A DNA stretch of 64,000 bases from Candidatus Nomurabacteria bacterium RIFCSPLOWO2_01_FULL_39_18. Lineage in GTDB: Bacteria; Patescibacteriota; Minisyncoccia; Phycocordibacterales; UBA9973. Below the pieces are notes generated by a model. That model saw nothing but the letters and a program-made list of their open reading frames with translations, did not search any database and had not been told where the DNA came from. Positions 47,476 through 57,372 of this stretch are shown in pieces. Positions within the stretch are counted from its first letter, which is position 1; each line of letters starts with the position of its first letter. The stretch is taken from assembly GCA_001787005.1 (NCBI GenBank), contig MFUV01000010.1, positions 73,955 through 137,954 on the forward strand, written 5' to 3'. Position numbers and translations under genes: made by a program.

Positions 47476-48723
47476 TTAGGCTGATAATTCCGCTATCTTT
47501 ATCAGTCTTTGATATTTTACCATTCTTTCAGGCCTAGTGGGAGCGCCAGCCTTAAAACCAAAACAGCCGAAGGCATAAGCAAGATCGGCGATAAAATCAT
47601 CCTCGGTTTCTTTGCCTCGATGGCTTACAATTATCTCAATATTGTTTTCCCTCGCTAATTGCATTGTTTCAAGAGTTTCAGTCAAGGTGCCGATTTGATT
47701 CGGCTTGATAATTATCGCGTTAATACTCCTCCGGTCTATCGCTTTTTGTAAAAGCATCTTGTTTGAAACAGTCAGGTCATCCCCCACTATCAAAAGACCT
47801 TCGTGATTTTCTTTTAATTCTCGAAAACTGTCGAAATCTTCCTGTTCGAAAGGGTCTTCAATGGAAAATAAATTAAATTCTTTGATTAAAGAATAATAAA
47901 TACCCATAAGCTCTGCTCTGGAAATATTTTTGTCATTAATTTTATATGAATTAGATTCAAAAAATGATGATGCCGCCACGTCTAAAGACAATCTTGCCTT
48001 ATCCTTTAAATTATTCTGCTTTATGGCTTGATTAAGATAAAAAAGCGGTTTTTTTACATCGCTTGTTTCTGGCATAAAACCTCCTTCATCGCCCAGAACA
48101 ACCGAGTTTGCGCTCAACTCTTTTTTTATTATTTCTTTTAAAGTATTGTCTATGCCTATGCCGATTTCGACTGCTTCTCTGATATTCTCCGTTTGGGGCA
48201 CAATATGATATTCTTGAAAAGCTAATTTATTTTTTGCATGCTTGCCGCCTTCAAGTAAATTCAAAAAAAGAAACGGCACTTTGCGCGATGATTTTATTTT
48301 TGCTTGCGCCTGACCTGAACCCAGTCGAAGGGTTCGCAAATATTGATAAGTTTCGACGCCAGACGCTTTGGCGGCTAATTTAGCGCAGGCAATACTTACG
48401 CCAACCATCGCGTTCCCGCCTAGATTATCCTTATTAGGTGTTCCATCCAATTTAATCATTGTTCTATCTATCTTGCCCTGATTAAAAATATTCTGACCAA
48501 CCAAAGCCTTCGCGATAACATTATTTATTTTTTTCACGACATTTCTGACGCCCTTTCCATCGCCATCCCGCAACTCATGCGCCTCGCGCAAACCGGTACT
48601 TGCTCCGGACGGCACGGCAAAACTGTCGAATATATCATTGCTCCATACTGTCACTTTTATGGTTGGATCCCCGCAAGAATCCTTTATTTCCTCGGCTAAA
48701 ATTTTATCAATTTTATTGTTCAT
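47476..48723 (-). CDS. eno: Enolase (divergent)
   Basis: VPSGASTG, GDEGG, LDVAAS, IEDPF, VGDDL, KPNQIG, SHRG.ETED. Confidence 0.9.
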   Translation of the reverse strand: MNNKIDKILAEEIKDSCGDPTIKVTVWSNDIFDSFAVPSGASTGLREAHELRDGDGKGVRNVVKKINNVIAKALVGQNIFNQGKIDRTMIKLDGTPNKDNLGGNAMVGVSIACAKLAAKASGVETYQYLRTLRLGSGQAQAKIKSSRKVPFLFLNLLEGGKHAKNKLAFQEYHIVPQTENIREAVEIGIGIDNTLKEIIKKELSANSVVLGDEGGFMPETSDVKKPLFYLNQAIKQNNLKDKARLSLDVAASSFFESNSYKINDKNISRAELMGIYYSLIKEFNLFSIEDPFEQEDFDSFRELKENHEGLLIVGDDLTVSNKMLLQKAIDRRSINAIIIKPNQIGTLTETLETMQLARENNIEIIVSHRGKETEDDFIADLAYAFGCFGFKAGAPTRPERMVKYQRLIKIAELSA

Positions 48724-49993
48724 TTTTAGTCAATAAAATCATTAAATCAGAGACGTTCGCGCCGGTCGGACCAGTCATAATCATATCGCCCGTTTTTTCG
48801 AAAACTGAATACGAATCAAAACGATTTAAATAATCGCCAATATTCAGGCCTATTTTTTTTATCTTTTCTATTGTATTTTTATCCACTATCGCCCCAGCCC
48901 CATCGGTATTATCCAAACCATCGGAAGCAAAAGATATAAAAACAGAATTTTGATCAATTAAATTCATTCTAACCGCTTCTAGCCCCGCGTGCATATTTCT
49001 CCCGCCTTTTCCTTCTTTATTTTTTATATCTATTCCGGGCTCACCGGCGCCCAAGACCACTGTATTTTCCGCTCGGGCTGAAAAAATTTTCTTTAGCACT
49101 TCATCGATTTCATCATAAAATTCCGTGGAGATAATATCGGCTTTAAAACCAAGTTCTTCGGACTTTTTCTTCATTCCCTCCATGGCATTTTTGTTAGAAA
49201 CCAAGATAAAATTATGAACTTTTTCAAAATATTTATCTTCCTTGGGAGTTTCATTTAAAATAAAAGCGCCTAGGTTGTGCTCTTTTATTATCCTCTCTGC
49301 ATCATGAACGGTCGTCTCGTCTTTATAGGTTGGTCCAGACGCCACATCCTCGAAATTATTCCCCGGCACATCAGAAAAAATTAATCCAATAACGGTTGCC
49401 GGATATGCAATTTTAGCTAAACCGCCGCCCTTGAGCAAAGATAAATGTTTTCTGATTGTATTTAATTCAGTTATTTTTTCCCCGCATTGTATTGATAAAT
49501 CATAGAGCTTTATTCCCTGTTCGCATTCAGCATTGGTGGGACAAAGCAACGCTGAGCCCCCGCCAGAGACAATCGCAATAATTAAATCATCTTCTTTCGA
49601 CTGATTGGCAATATCATATATTTTTTTACCTGCCGCAATATTCATCGTTGAGGGTCTGGGGTGAGAACCAGCAAAAGTTTGGACTCTTTCGCAAACAGTT
49701 TTTTCTAATCCTATAACAACCCCTTCTTCAATTTTATTGCCTAGAATCCTCTCCAAAGCCATAGCGGCCTGGCACGAAGCCTTACCAAAACCAACAATCT
49801 TTATTCTCTTGAATTTCGATAAATCAAAGTTTTCTTCGTGGATACTGAGAATATTATCTTTCAACTTTATGGAATTAAAAACAACTTTTTCCGTATCAAT
49901 AAAGTCGAGTCCCGCCTCGACAATAGAAAGAATGGACTTGCGATTATCATTTATTGCAAGCTCGTTGAAATTTTTTATCCGCCCCTTTTTCAT
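48713..49993 (-). CDS. Glycerate 2-kinase (DUF4147/MOFRL family)
   Basis: GFGKA, SHP.P, SGGGSAL, KGGGLA, SDVPG, GGRN, TGPTGANVSD. Confidence 0.9.
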   Translation of the reverse strand: MKKGRIKNFNELAINDNRKSILSIVEAGLDFIDTEKVVFNSIKLKDNILSIHEENFDLSKFKRIKIVGFGKASCQAAMALERILGNKIEEGVVIGLEKTVCERVQTFAGSHPRPSTMNIAAGKKIYDIANQSKEDDLIIAIVSGGGSALLCPTNAECEQGIKLYDLSIQCGEKITELNTIRKHLSLLKGGGLAKIAYPATVIGLIFSDVPGNNFEDVASGPTYKDETTVHDAERIIKEHNLGAFILNETPKEDKYFEKVHNFILVSNKNAMEGMKKKSEELGFKADIISTEFYDEIDEVLKKIFSARAENTVVLGAGEPGIDIKNKEGKGGRNMHAGLEAVRMNLIDQNSVFISFASDGLDNTDGAGAIVDKNTIEKIKKIGLNIGDYLNRFDSYSVFEKTGDMIMTGPTGANVSDLMILLTKNEQ

Positions 49994-51006
49994 TTTATAA
50001 TGTTAGTTAAATTGTTATTCAAAAAACCATTAATATTAGCAACAGTGGTTTTCATAATTTCTTTTTCTGCTTCTTTAGAATAAAAAGCAATGTGCGGAGT
50101 AACAATAACATTCGGCATATCTATCAGGGCTCGATCTTCGAGAAGTGTTTTGTAATCTCTAATCCTTTCAGACTTTGAAGGAGAGGAGAGAATTTCGATT
50201 TCTTCCTTCAGTTCGCGTTCTCCTTCCAGAACATCCAGTCCAGCCCCGGCGATAACCCCCTCTTTAAGCGCGCCGATAAGCGCGTCAGTGTCAACAAGTT
50301 CTCCGCGAGCAGTATTTATCAGGTAAATACCTCTTTTCATTTGAGAAATATTATCTTTATTGATTAAATGATGATTCTCTTTATTATAAGGGGTATGCAA
50401 AGTTAAAATATCGGATTGCGATAGAAGTTCCGGTAGATTTTTATATTCAAAATTATTTTCTTTGGCAAATGGAATATCTGGATGCAAGTCGCAGGCAATG
50501 ACATTCATTCTGAAACTTTTTGCAATTTTGATTACATTTCTCCCTATTTTCCCCGTACCGACAACTCCGAGAATTTTTTCTTTTAAATCAAAACCTTTAA
50601 GTTTTGAAATCGAAAAATCACCCCCTTCTTTTAATTGATGGCTGGCATCAAAAATTTTCCGTGAAAGATTCAAAATAAGAGCAAAAGTAAATTCAGCAAC
50701 TGTGTAAGAGCCGTAGGCTGGAACATTGGAAACATTTATTCCTTTGGAATTGCAGTAAGAAACATCAATATGGTCAAAACCGGTCGAACGGGTACAAATT
50801 AGCTTTAAGTTCGGCAAGGCATCAATAACATTTTTCTTCAGCTCGGAATTAATGAAAACGGAAACAATTTTAGCATCTTTGGCCAAATTAGCATTCTCTT
50901 CATTCAATTTTTCTTCAGAGAAAAAAACTTCCAAACCGCCAAACAACTTACGAAATATCTCTTGCTCATCTTTTGAAACCTCAAACAATGCGACTTTCAT
51001 AGCCAA
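49990..51006 (-). CDS. D-isomer-specific 2-hydroxyacid dehydrogenase
   Basis: RSTGFDHID, NVPAYG, GTGKIG, INTARG, LDVLE.E, TPHIAF. Confidence 0.92.
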   Translation of the reverse strand: MAMKVALFEVSKDEQEIFRKLFGGLEVFFSEEKLNEENANLAKDAKIVSVFINSELKKNVIDALPNLKLICTRSTGFDHIDVSYCNSKGINVSNVPAYGSYTVAEFTFALILNLSRKIFDASHQLKEGGDFSISKLKGFDLKEKILGVVGTGKIGRNVIKIAKSFRMNVIACDLHPDIPFAKENNFEYKNLPELLSQSDILTLHTPYNKENHHLINKDNISQMKRGIYLINTARGELVDTDALIGALKEGVIAGAGLDVLEGERELKEEIEILSSPSKSERIRDYKTLLEDRALIDMPNVIVTPHIAFYSKEAEKEIMKTTVANINGFLNNNLTNIIK

Positions 51007-51020
51007 ATTATACCATGAAA

Positions 51021-52403
51021 CTAGTGGATGCGGTCTATGTAGTTATTAGGATTATCGTTGTTTTCAGATAACGGTTTTTCCATGTCTCCCACTTTTTCTC
51101 CGTTTTGGGGAATGTCGTCTGTTTGCGGAAACATTTTTTCTTCTTCGGCTACCTCTTCCTTCGCTAGCATTTGTCTCACCCGGCGAATAGAACGAATGAT
51201 GTGGTGCCCTACAAGATAGTGCAGAATCAGAATAATCAAGCCCAGCAGGATAATTCCAATCAATATATAAACCAAGTAATCCTGAATAAACTTCGTGATA
51301 GAGGAAGGCACTTTTACGTCAATGGATTCGTCGCGTGCATTACCGGCGCGGTCGAGAGCTCGCACGACAACTTCCAACCTCCCGCCGGCGGAAAGCGGAA
51401 CTTGAAATGGACTTTCAGCTTGGACGAACGCCGGAGACTCTGTCGGAGGCTGATCTTTGTCTATGATGCCGACTTCATAATGATCAATGCCAGAGAGATT
51501 GTCAGTGGTAAAAAAGGAAACCAGCACCCTCTCGGTTTCAACAACGGCCGCAACTAGATAATTTACTTCCGGTTTGAATTCTGCCGGTGGCGCCGTGTCT
51601 ATTCGTAAGAGAAAATTGCCAGTGGTGCTCCACACATTATTTCTACTTCCCTTGATGTGAAAATACCAAAGCCCGTCAGTAAGATTTTCGAAGCTTTTTG
51701 TTGTTTCATCTCCATCGGCTATATTGTCCGGTATGGTATTGGGCTTGTTGTCTAGTTCGAAACTGAAACCGGCAACGCCGGGATCTCTTATCCAGGAGAG
51801 AGTTGGGCTATTGTTATTATACCAGTCTGATTGGATGGGATGAGTCTCTGAGAAAATCTGGACGCCTCCGGGCGCTTTGGTTAAAATAGTATAATTCGCC
51901 CTGCCCAAACCTACGATCGTCTCCGTTCCCAGCCCGTCGTTTAATAAAATTTTTGAATTGGAAGCGGTGCTGACAACTGCCTGGCCGGCAGATTTAGCTT
52001 TGAAAGTAATTGTACCCACAAGCCCGGCCTCAGTGATGATACCACCAGGAATCACGCCGACATAGCTCGCCGTACCGCGCGTATTGTCATATCGAGGCGG
52101 CTCAACCCAGACGCCGATGATAGAAGTGCCGCCAGTCTGATTGATGATTGAAAGCCTGTCTTTGTCGAAATTAATTCTTACCTCAATCCCATTAATACTT
52201 TTTCCTCTCGTATTAACAAGGATTGAAACCTGAAAAACAGAATCTTCCTCGAAACTTCCGAAGCGCGGGGAAAATGAAATATCAGTATGAGAAAGAAGTT
52301 TAGAAGCATCAACATTGACCGTCTCCGCATAGAGAAAAATGGGAGCAGAAAAAGATATGAATATAAACGGTAAAATCAGAAGTTTTTTAATTGAAAAATT
52401 CAT
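51021..52403 (-). CDS. Cohesin-domain surface protein with Ig-like domains and C-terminal TM
   Basis: Signal peptide; F.V.I.VNT....INGI.V.I.FD..L / GTITFKAK.AG.A cohesin pattern; TM near C-terminus. Confidence 0.75.
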   Translation of the reverse strand: MNFSIKKLLILPFIFISFSAPIFLYAETVNVDASKLLSHTDISFSPRFGSFEEDSVFQVSILVNTRGKSINGIEVRINFDKDRLSIINQTGGTSIIGVWVEPPRYDNTRGTASYVGVIPGGIITEAGLVGTITFKAKSAGQAVVSTASNSKILLNDGLGTETIVGLGRANYTILTKAPGGVQIFSETHPIQSDWYNNNSPTLSWIRDPGVAGFSFELDNKPNTIPDNIADGDETTKSFENLTDGLWYFHIKGSRNNVWSTTGNFLLRIDTAPPAEFKPEVNYLVAAVVETERVLVSFFTTDNLSGIDHYEVGIIDKDQPPTESPAFVQAESPFQVPLSAGGRLEVVVRALDRAGNARDESIDVKVPSSITKFIQDYLVYILIGIILLGLIILILHYLVGHHIIRSIRRVRQMLAKEEVAEEEKMFPQTDDIPQNGEKVGDMEKPLSENNDNPNNYIDRIH

Positions 52404-52404
52404 T

Positions 52405-53760
52405 TTATGGTTGATTCTCTATTTGTTTTTCTATTTCCGCTTTGACATTTTCCAGACCTTTTTCTAAAGCTGCTATTTTTTCTCTTTCGAGAATATTTTC
52501 TTCATTCGTTTTTTCTTTTACTTGGAGATAATCTGCAATTTCATGTTCGATGATATCAAGAGTATTTTTGCGTCTGAAAGGATTAATTCTTCTATTCTTA
52601 ACCAAGAAATACCCTAAATAAACCGCTATAAGAACGATTATCGCAGTCAATGCGATGTTATTTTCGATTAATTCCCAAATTATAAAGGGGGGATCAGTGT
52701 TAATGAAACTCTCTTGTATATTACCGGCTTTATCAATAGCGCGTACTATCACTTTTAAAGTACTATTTTCTAAAAGGGGAACTTGAAAAGGGCTACTGTT
52801 TTCAATAAATACTGGCGCTTCTGAAATTGGTTGATTTTTATCTATGCTACCTATCTCATAATGATCCACGCCAGAAAGATTGTCCACGGTAAAAAAAGAG
52901 ACTAGGGTTCTTCCGGCCAAAAGAACGCTGGCAGGAAAATGATTAACCTTTAGTTGGAATGGAGCAGGTGGTATAGTATCAATTCGCAAGAGAAAATGAC
53001 CTGTTGCTCCCCACGCACCATTTTTGATAGCTTTTATATGAAAATACCACAAACCGTCAGTAAGATTTTCAAAAGATTTAGTGTTTTCGTTGGAATCTGT
53101 AATATTATCCGGTATTGTAAACGGCTTATTGTCTAAAATAAAACTAAAACCACTCGCGCCATTAACTTCTTGCCAGGACAATATCGGACTGTTGTTATTG
53201 TACCATTTTCCTTCTGATGGATGAGTTTCGGAAAAAACTGACACGCCTTCAGAAATCTTTTTTAAAATACTATATTCTGCCCTACCTAAATCAAGTACCG
53301 CGCTAGTTTCAAGTCCGTCGTTTAAAAGTATTTCTGAAGTAAAACTTACGCTGATTGTGGCTTGACCGTAACTAATGGCATTAAAGGTAATGGTTGCTAC
53401 CAATCCTGACTCCGTAACAATACCATCAGCAATCGTGCCGACATAGCTTACTGTGCCTAAGGTATTATCATAACTTGGTGATTCAGACCATAGTCCGACA
53501 ATCGATTTACCGCCAGAAGGTTGCACAATTGCGAGTTTGTCTTTATCAAAATTAATTTTTATTTTTATTGCTTCGACACTATTATTGTTAGTATTTATGA
53601 GAATAGGAACGTCAAAAGTAGTCCCCTCTACAAAACTTCCCGAACGGGGCGATAAAAAAACTTCCACGCGATTTTCATTATTTTGAGCTTGAGCAAATGG
53701 AGAAGTAAAAAAAACCAAAAATATAATTCCTAAAAAAATATTTTTAATTTGTGTTTTCAT
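52405..53760 (-). CDS. Cohesin-domain surface protein (close paralog of 51021..52403)
   Basis: Shares FSETHP..WYNNNSP, FENLTDGLWYFHIK, DNLSG.DHYE. Confidence 0.75.
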   Translation of the reverse strand: MKTQIKNIFLGIIFLVFFTSPFAQAQNNENRVEVFLSPRSGSFVEGTTFDVPILINTNNNSVEAIKIKINFDKDKLAIVQPSGGKSIVGLWSESPSYDNTLGTVSYVGTIADGIVTESGLVATITFNAISYGQATISVSFTSEILLNDGLETSAVLDLGRAEYSILKKISEGVSVFSETHPSEGKWYNNNSPILSWQEVNGASGFSFILDNKPFTIPDNITDSNENTKSFENLTDGLWYFHIKAIKNGAWGATGHFLLRIDTIPPAPFQLKVNHFPASVLLAGRTLVSFFTVDNLSGVDHYEIGSIDKNQPISEAPVFIENSSPFQVPLLENSTLKVIVRAIDKAGNIQESFINTDPPFIIWELIENNIALTAIIVLIAVYLGYFLVKNRRINPFRRKNTLDIIEHEIADYLQVKEKTNEENILEREKIAALEKGLENVKAEIEKQIENQP

Positions 53761-54902
53761 TAAAATCCAATATTTTTAATTTTCTTATCGATTATCTTTT
53801 CTGCTTCAGAAATATCTTTTTTGATACCCGTCATCCTTTTGTGCTCAGCAAGGGGTAATTTCTGATTATCATAATCAATAATATCTTCGCGCAGAATATC
53901 AAAGGACTTATGCACAACATTCTCAGCATCGTGGATTTCATGTTTTATATTTTTATCTAAATCTTGACCCAGGTGGAAGTGAATGCGTAGCAGTAAGTAA
54001 AGTATTAAAAGTATCAGAAGCAAGATGAGCAGAGATATCTCCCAGCCGACATCGTCTAATATGTTGCCAATCTTTACAATAATCATATTTGATGTCTCGC
54101 TGTTCGTCTTGTCCGCCTTGACCAACACTGCCGTTACATTATAGGTGCCACGCCTGAGTGACGAGGGAACCAGAAGGGTAAACTCTCCCTCCAGGTCAGC
54201 CTCACCGAGAATGAAAATTTTTGTTCCGTCTGTTGCGACAAAGGTCAGAAGCGCTTGCGCCCCCGGATACTCTGACGTACCGACTATAGCCTGTGCGCCA
54301 TACTTAGCGCCAAGCGCAATTTCTGGCGCCCGGAGAGTAGGTTCTGGCTGTATTTCTTCCGGAATTACCTCGGGCTTGGGTTCTGGCGTTTTTGGTTTAA
54401 CTGTCGCCTGTTGAACAGAAAAAGTCGCGCCGATTAAATTGCCTGTGATGTCGGTGCCTTCTCCGTCATTGGCGAGAATTTGCCCTGATTGAAAAGAAAA
54501 ATTACCAGTCCCAGGATTAATTGCGCGTAAATTTATTGTAACGACAGCGCCAGAGGAACCGGGGAAACCACCCAATGCCACACCTTCAAACCTGATTGTG
54601 TTCGCAGTTTTTGAAACAGTCGGTTGAGTAACCCAAAAATCAAGAATGGAGCCTGCCTTTGACACAGATTCTACGGAAAAAACCGCGGATGGAAACGATA
54701 ATAATCCAGAAACGGCATTGAAAGGGGTATTAGAAGTGGCTATGACTTTAACCACCACGCGATTCCCTACTTCAAAATTCCCAGATGAGGGACTAATGGA
54801 TAACGCGGCGGCATTGGCCACAAGCGGTCCTAAAACGAATAGCAAAAAAGGTACTACCGTTTTAAAAACTTTGACAATATTTTCCCTAGAAAAAAGACGC
54901 AT
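53760..54902 (-). CDS. Cohesin-domain surface protein, Pro-rich linker, TM
   Basis: LSISPSSG, NAVSG.L.FP, DFWV.QP, ILANDG.GT. Confidence 0.75.
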   Translation of the reverse strand: MRLFSRENIVKVFKTVVPFLLFVLGPLVANAAALSISPSSGNFEVGNRVVVKVIATSNTPFNAVSGLLSFPSAVFSVESVSKAGSILDFWVTQPTVSKTANTIRFEGVALGGFPGSSGAVVTINLRAINPGTGNFSFQSGQILANDGEGTDITGNLIGATFSVQQATVKPKTPEPKPEVIPEEIQPEPTLRAPEIALGAKYGAQAIVGTSEYPGAQALLTFVATDGTKIFILGEADLEGEFTLLVPSSLRRGTYNVTAVLVKADKTNSETSNMIIVKIGNILDDVGWEISLLILLLILLILYLLLRIHFHLGQDLDKNIKHEIHDAENVVHKSFDILREDIIDYDNQKLPLAEHKRMTGIKKDISEAEKIIDKKIKNIGF

Positions 54903-55726
54903 ATAACTAGAAGTATACCAAGAATTAAGTTGACTGGGAAGCGTAATAATGAATTTTGCGCTTTGATTTTTACTGTTCTTTCATTGCCAGACTTATCAAT
55001 TGCTCTGATATATAGATTTTTACTTAAAGATTGGTCTTTCAAGAGATATGGACTCTCGGCCACAACATATTCCCCCCAGAAACTCCAGAAGTTTCTTTCG
55101 CGTATTTCGTAGTGGTCAATCCCTCCCCCCTTATCCACTGTGCTAAAGGCGATAAAATACTTGCCGTCAAACAAAGAAGGATCGCTCCCCACAATAGGCT
55201 TGAAGTCTTCTGGAGGATCGATGTCCCTTATTGTTAAATCAAACTGTAAACCATCAGAACTTTGGGAAATATAGAGAGAGAGAGGAATTTCTTTGGTGGA
55301 AATTTTGGTACCCAAGCCATCGTTTTGTAAAACTTGAATATCACCAAAGCGGATTAGGCTACGCCCTGATCTCTTGGAATGAAAGACTAATTCAAACAAA
55401 AAAACTTTTTCCCCAGAAAGTCCTCCGGTAATTATTCCAGAAAAGGCAACTTGTCCATTCTCGACATCATGTGGTTTTTCTATCCAAAAATTGATAGACG
55501 AATTACCATCTCTAATTTCTTTTAATTCTAGAAGCTCGCTAGGGAATAAGACTGTTCCTCCAATAGCATTGACTGCCAGATCTTCGGTGTTCATCAATAC
55601 TCGCACTAAAAAATCTTCATTGGGAGCAAAGCTACCCTTGTCAACACCAAAAAATATTTCAGCCGCAAAAGAAACAGTCGGTGTGAAAATTAATAAAAGT
55701 AAAATTGGAATTAATATTTTTTTCAT
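54854..55726 (-). CDS. Cohesin-domain surface protein, C-terminal TM
   Basis: VNAI.G.V.FP..LL, SSINFWIE.P, VL.NDGLGT, DK.GGIDHYE. Confidence 0.75.
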   Translation of the reverse strand: MKKILIPILLLLIFTPTVSFAAEIFFGVDKGSFAPNEDFLVRVLMNTEDLAVNAIGGTVLFPSELLELKEIRDGNSSINFWIEKPHDVENGQVAFSGIITGGLSGEKVFLFELVFHSKRSGRSLIRFGDIQVLQNDGLGTKISTKEIPLSLYISQSSDGLQFDLTIRDIDPPEDFKPIVGSDPSLFDGKYFIAFSTVDKGGGIDHYEIRERNFWSFWGEYVVAESPYLLKDQSLSKNLYIRAIDKSGNERTVKIKAQNSLLRFPVNLILGILLVICVFFLGKILSKFLKR

Positions 55727-55735
55727 AATTTTTCC

Positions 55736-55781
55736 CCAGATAGAGCTTTAGACTCTATCTAGAGTCTAAAGCTCTATCTGG
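55736..55781. repeat. Perfect 22-bp-arm palindrome (inverted REP-like doublet)
   Basis: CCAGATAGAGCTTTAGACTCTA-TC-TAGAGTCTAAAGCTCTATCTGG. Confidence 0.9.
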
Positions 55782-55784
55782 CTA

Positions 55785-56843
55785 CTACCCCGTCCAATAA
55801 AAGGCCATGATACTAAAATCAACCAAATCAACTTTGCCATCCCCGTTTAAATGCTTGATTTCTCTTGGTATAAATTCGGCGCTAAGCGGACGCTTGTACC
55901 AGAATGCGGCGATGGAAAAATCTACCAAGTTACAGCGACCATCTTCATTCAAATCGCATTTTGCGGATTTTGCCGTCGGATCTACGAGCACATTTTCTGT
56001 ACCAACAAGAAAACCGACGGTATTGCTGAAAGAGCTGATTTCGTTTCCTTTCTGCGCTTTGGATTTGGTAGAGTGAGATCCTAACTCAAGAAGTGAAGTG
56101 TCAAAATTGTGCAAATAGATGCCGTTCGTGTCAGATAGTGTATTTTCGAAAAATTCTTGCGCAGAATTAACGCTGATAATGACACTGGCAGTTTGAGCGC
56201 TTTGTCCAAAAATGGCTATATTGTCTCCGCGCTTGACCACGCTCTTGTCAACCGCAATGGTCGGAGCAATAAATATACCGCTTATATTCGTGATTATGTT
56301 GGCAGTTATAAAAATCTGGAAGGTGAACGGACTTGAGCGCAAACCGTTCTTGTCTTCGCCATAGACAGAAAATGTATAATTACCGGAAGCGAGATTGGTC
56401 AAAGACGCAGAGAAGTTGCTGTCCGGACCCGCTATGGTTGAGAGCACCAATTGTCCATCCTTGAGAATACTTACTTTAGACAATGGATATGCTCTTCCAG
56501 AAAAATTAACTCCAGTATTTGTGGATCCGCCACTTCCGCTACTTCCACCACCCCCGCCGCTACCGGGTGAAGATTCCTCTTCTACGAATGGAAAATAAAG
56601 AAATCCGAAACGGCCGAGAAAAGTGCTTGACGAAGAAGCGCCGATAACCGACTCATCTAGAGACTGGAACACTCGAAAACTCCCAGAGGTTCCATATCCC
56701 CCGCCAACACCTACCACTGGATCACGGATGATAAAGCTGGGACTGGTTAAATCAGAAGCAAGAGCAGTAGATACCCATAGTGTAAAAGTTAGAAGTAAAA
56801 AAAACAAACAGGAAAAAAGATTAAAGTATATTTTCTTTTTCAT
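55785..56843 (-). CDS. Secreted protein with C-terminal dockerin-like domain
   Basis: Signal peptide, Gly/Ser linker, Ig-like folds, duplicated DLNEDGRCNLVDFS / LNGDGKVDLVDFS. Confidence 0.78.
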   Translation of the reverse strand: MKKKIYFNLFSCLFFLLLTFTLWVSTALASDLTSPSFIIRDPVVGVGGGYGTSGSFRVFQSLDESVIGASSSSTFLGRFGFLYFPFVEEESSPGSGGGGGSSGSGGSTNTGVNFSGRAYPLSKVSILKDGQLVLSTIAGPDSNFSASLTNLASGNYTFSVYGEDKNGLRSSPFTFQIFITANIITNISGIFIAPTIAVDKSVVKRGDNIAIFGQSAQTASVIISVNSAQEFFENTLSDTNGIYLHNFDTSLLELGSHSTKSKAQKGNEISSFSNTVGFLVGTENVLVDPTAKSAKCDLNEDGRCNLVDFSIAAFWYKRPLSAEFIPREIKHLNGDGKVDLVDFSIMAFYWTG

Positions 56844-56890
56844 ATACTATGCAATATATCGAACAGAGCACAAGTTACTATTTTTTACTT

Positions 56891-57280
56891 TTACGGAGTA
56901 GCTGGTGCGGAGGAAGTTTTCTGACTTTCTCCAATATTCAGAGGCGCTACTTCGATAATTTTGTTCATTGATACACTGTAAAGAAAAGCCTTCTTGGCAG
57001 TGGTATAAATAAGTACCTTATCTCCCTTTGCCGCCCCCGCAAAAAAGGCTTGGCTTTTTAACGCCTCGGGATCAGCTACAGTGGCCACTGTCGGCACCTC
57101 ACCTTCAGGCAGAATCACTAAACGACCCACTTTCGCCACTAGATCGGCTGTTTCTTTTTGAGTTACTGCTTGAGGATTTTGTTTAATTAAACTCCACTGA
57201 TAATAAAAGTATGCAGCGAAAATCACCGCAACGACTGCAATCAACAAAACTACCCTATCTATCATTTTTTGTCTATCCAT
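56891..57280 (-). CDS. Single-TM hypothetical protein
   Basis: LP.GEVPTVATVADP..L..QAFF..A..GDKVL. Confidence 0.75.
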   Translation of the reverse strand: MDRQKMIDRVVLLIAVVAVIFAAYFYYQWSLIKQNPQAVTQKETADLVAKVGRLVILPEGEVPTVATVADPEALKSQAFFAGAAKGDKVLIYTTAKKAFLYSVSMNKIIEVAPLNIGESQKTSSAPATP

Positions 57281-57372
57281 AATAATTATGATATTAACTT
57301 ATAATAAAACTAATGCTAATGTTCAGTATATAACAAGGCAGTATGAAGCGCAATGTTTAAAAACTCCCAAAT

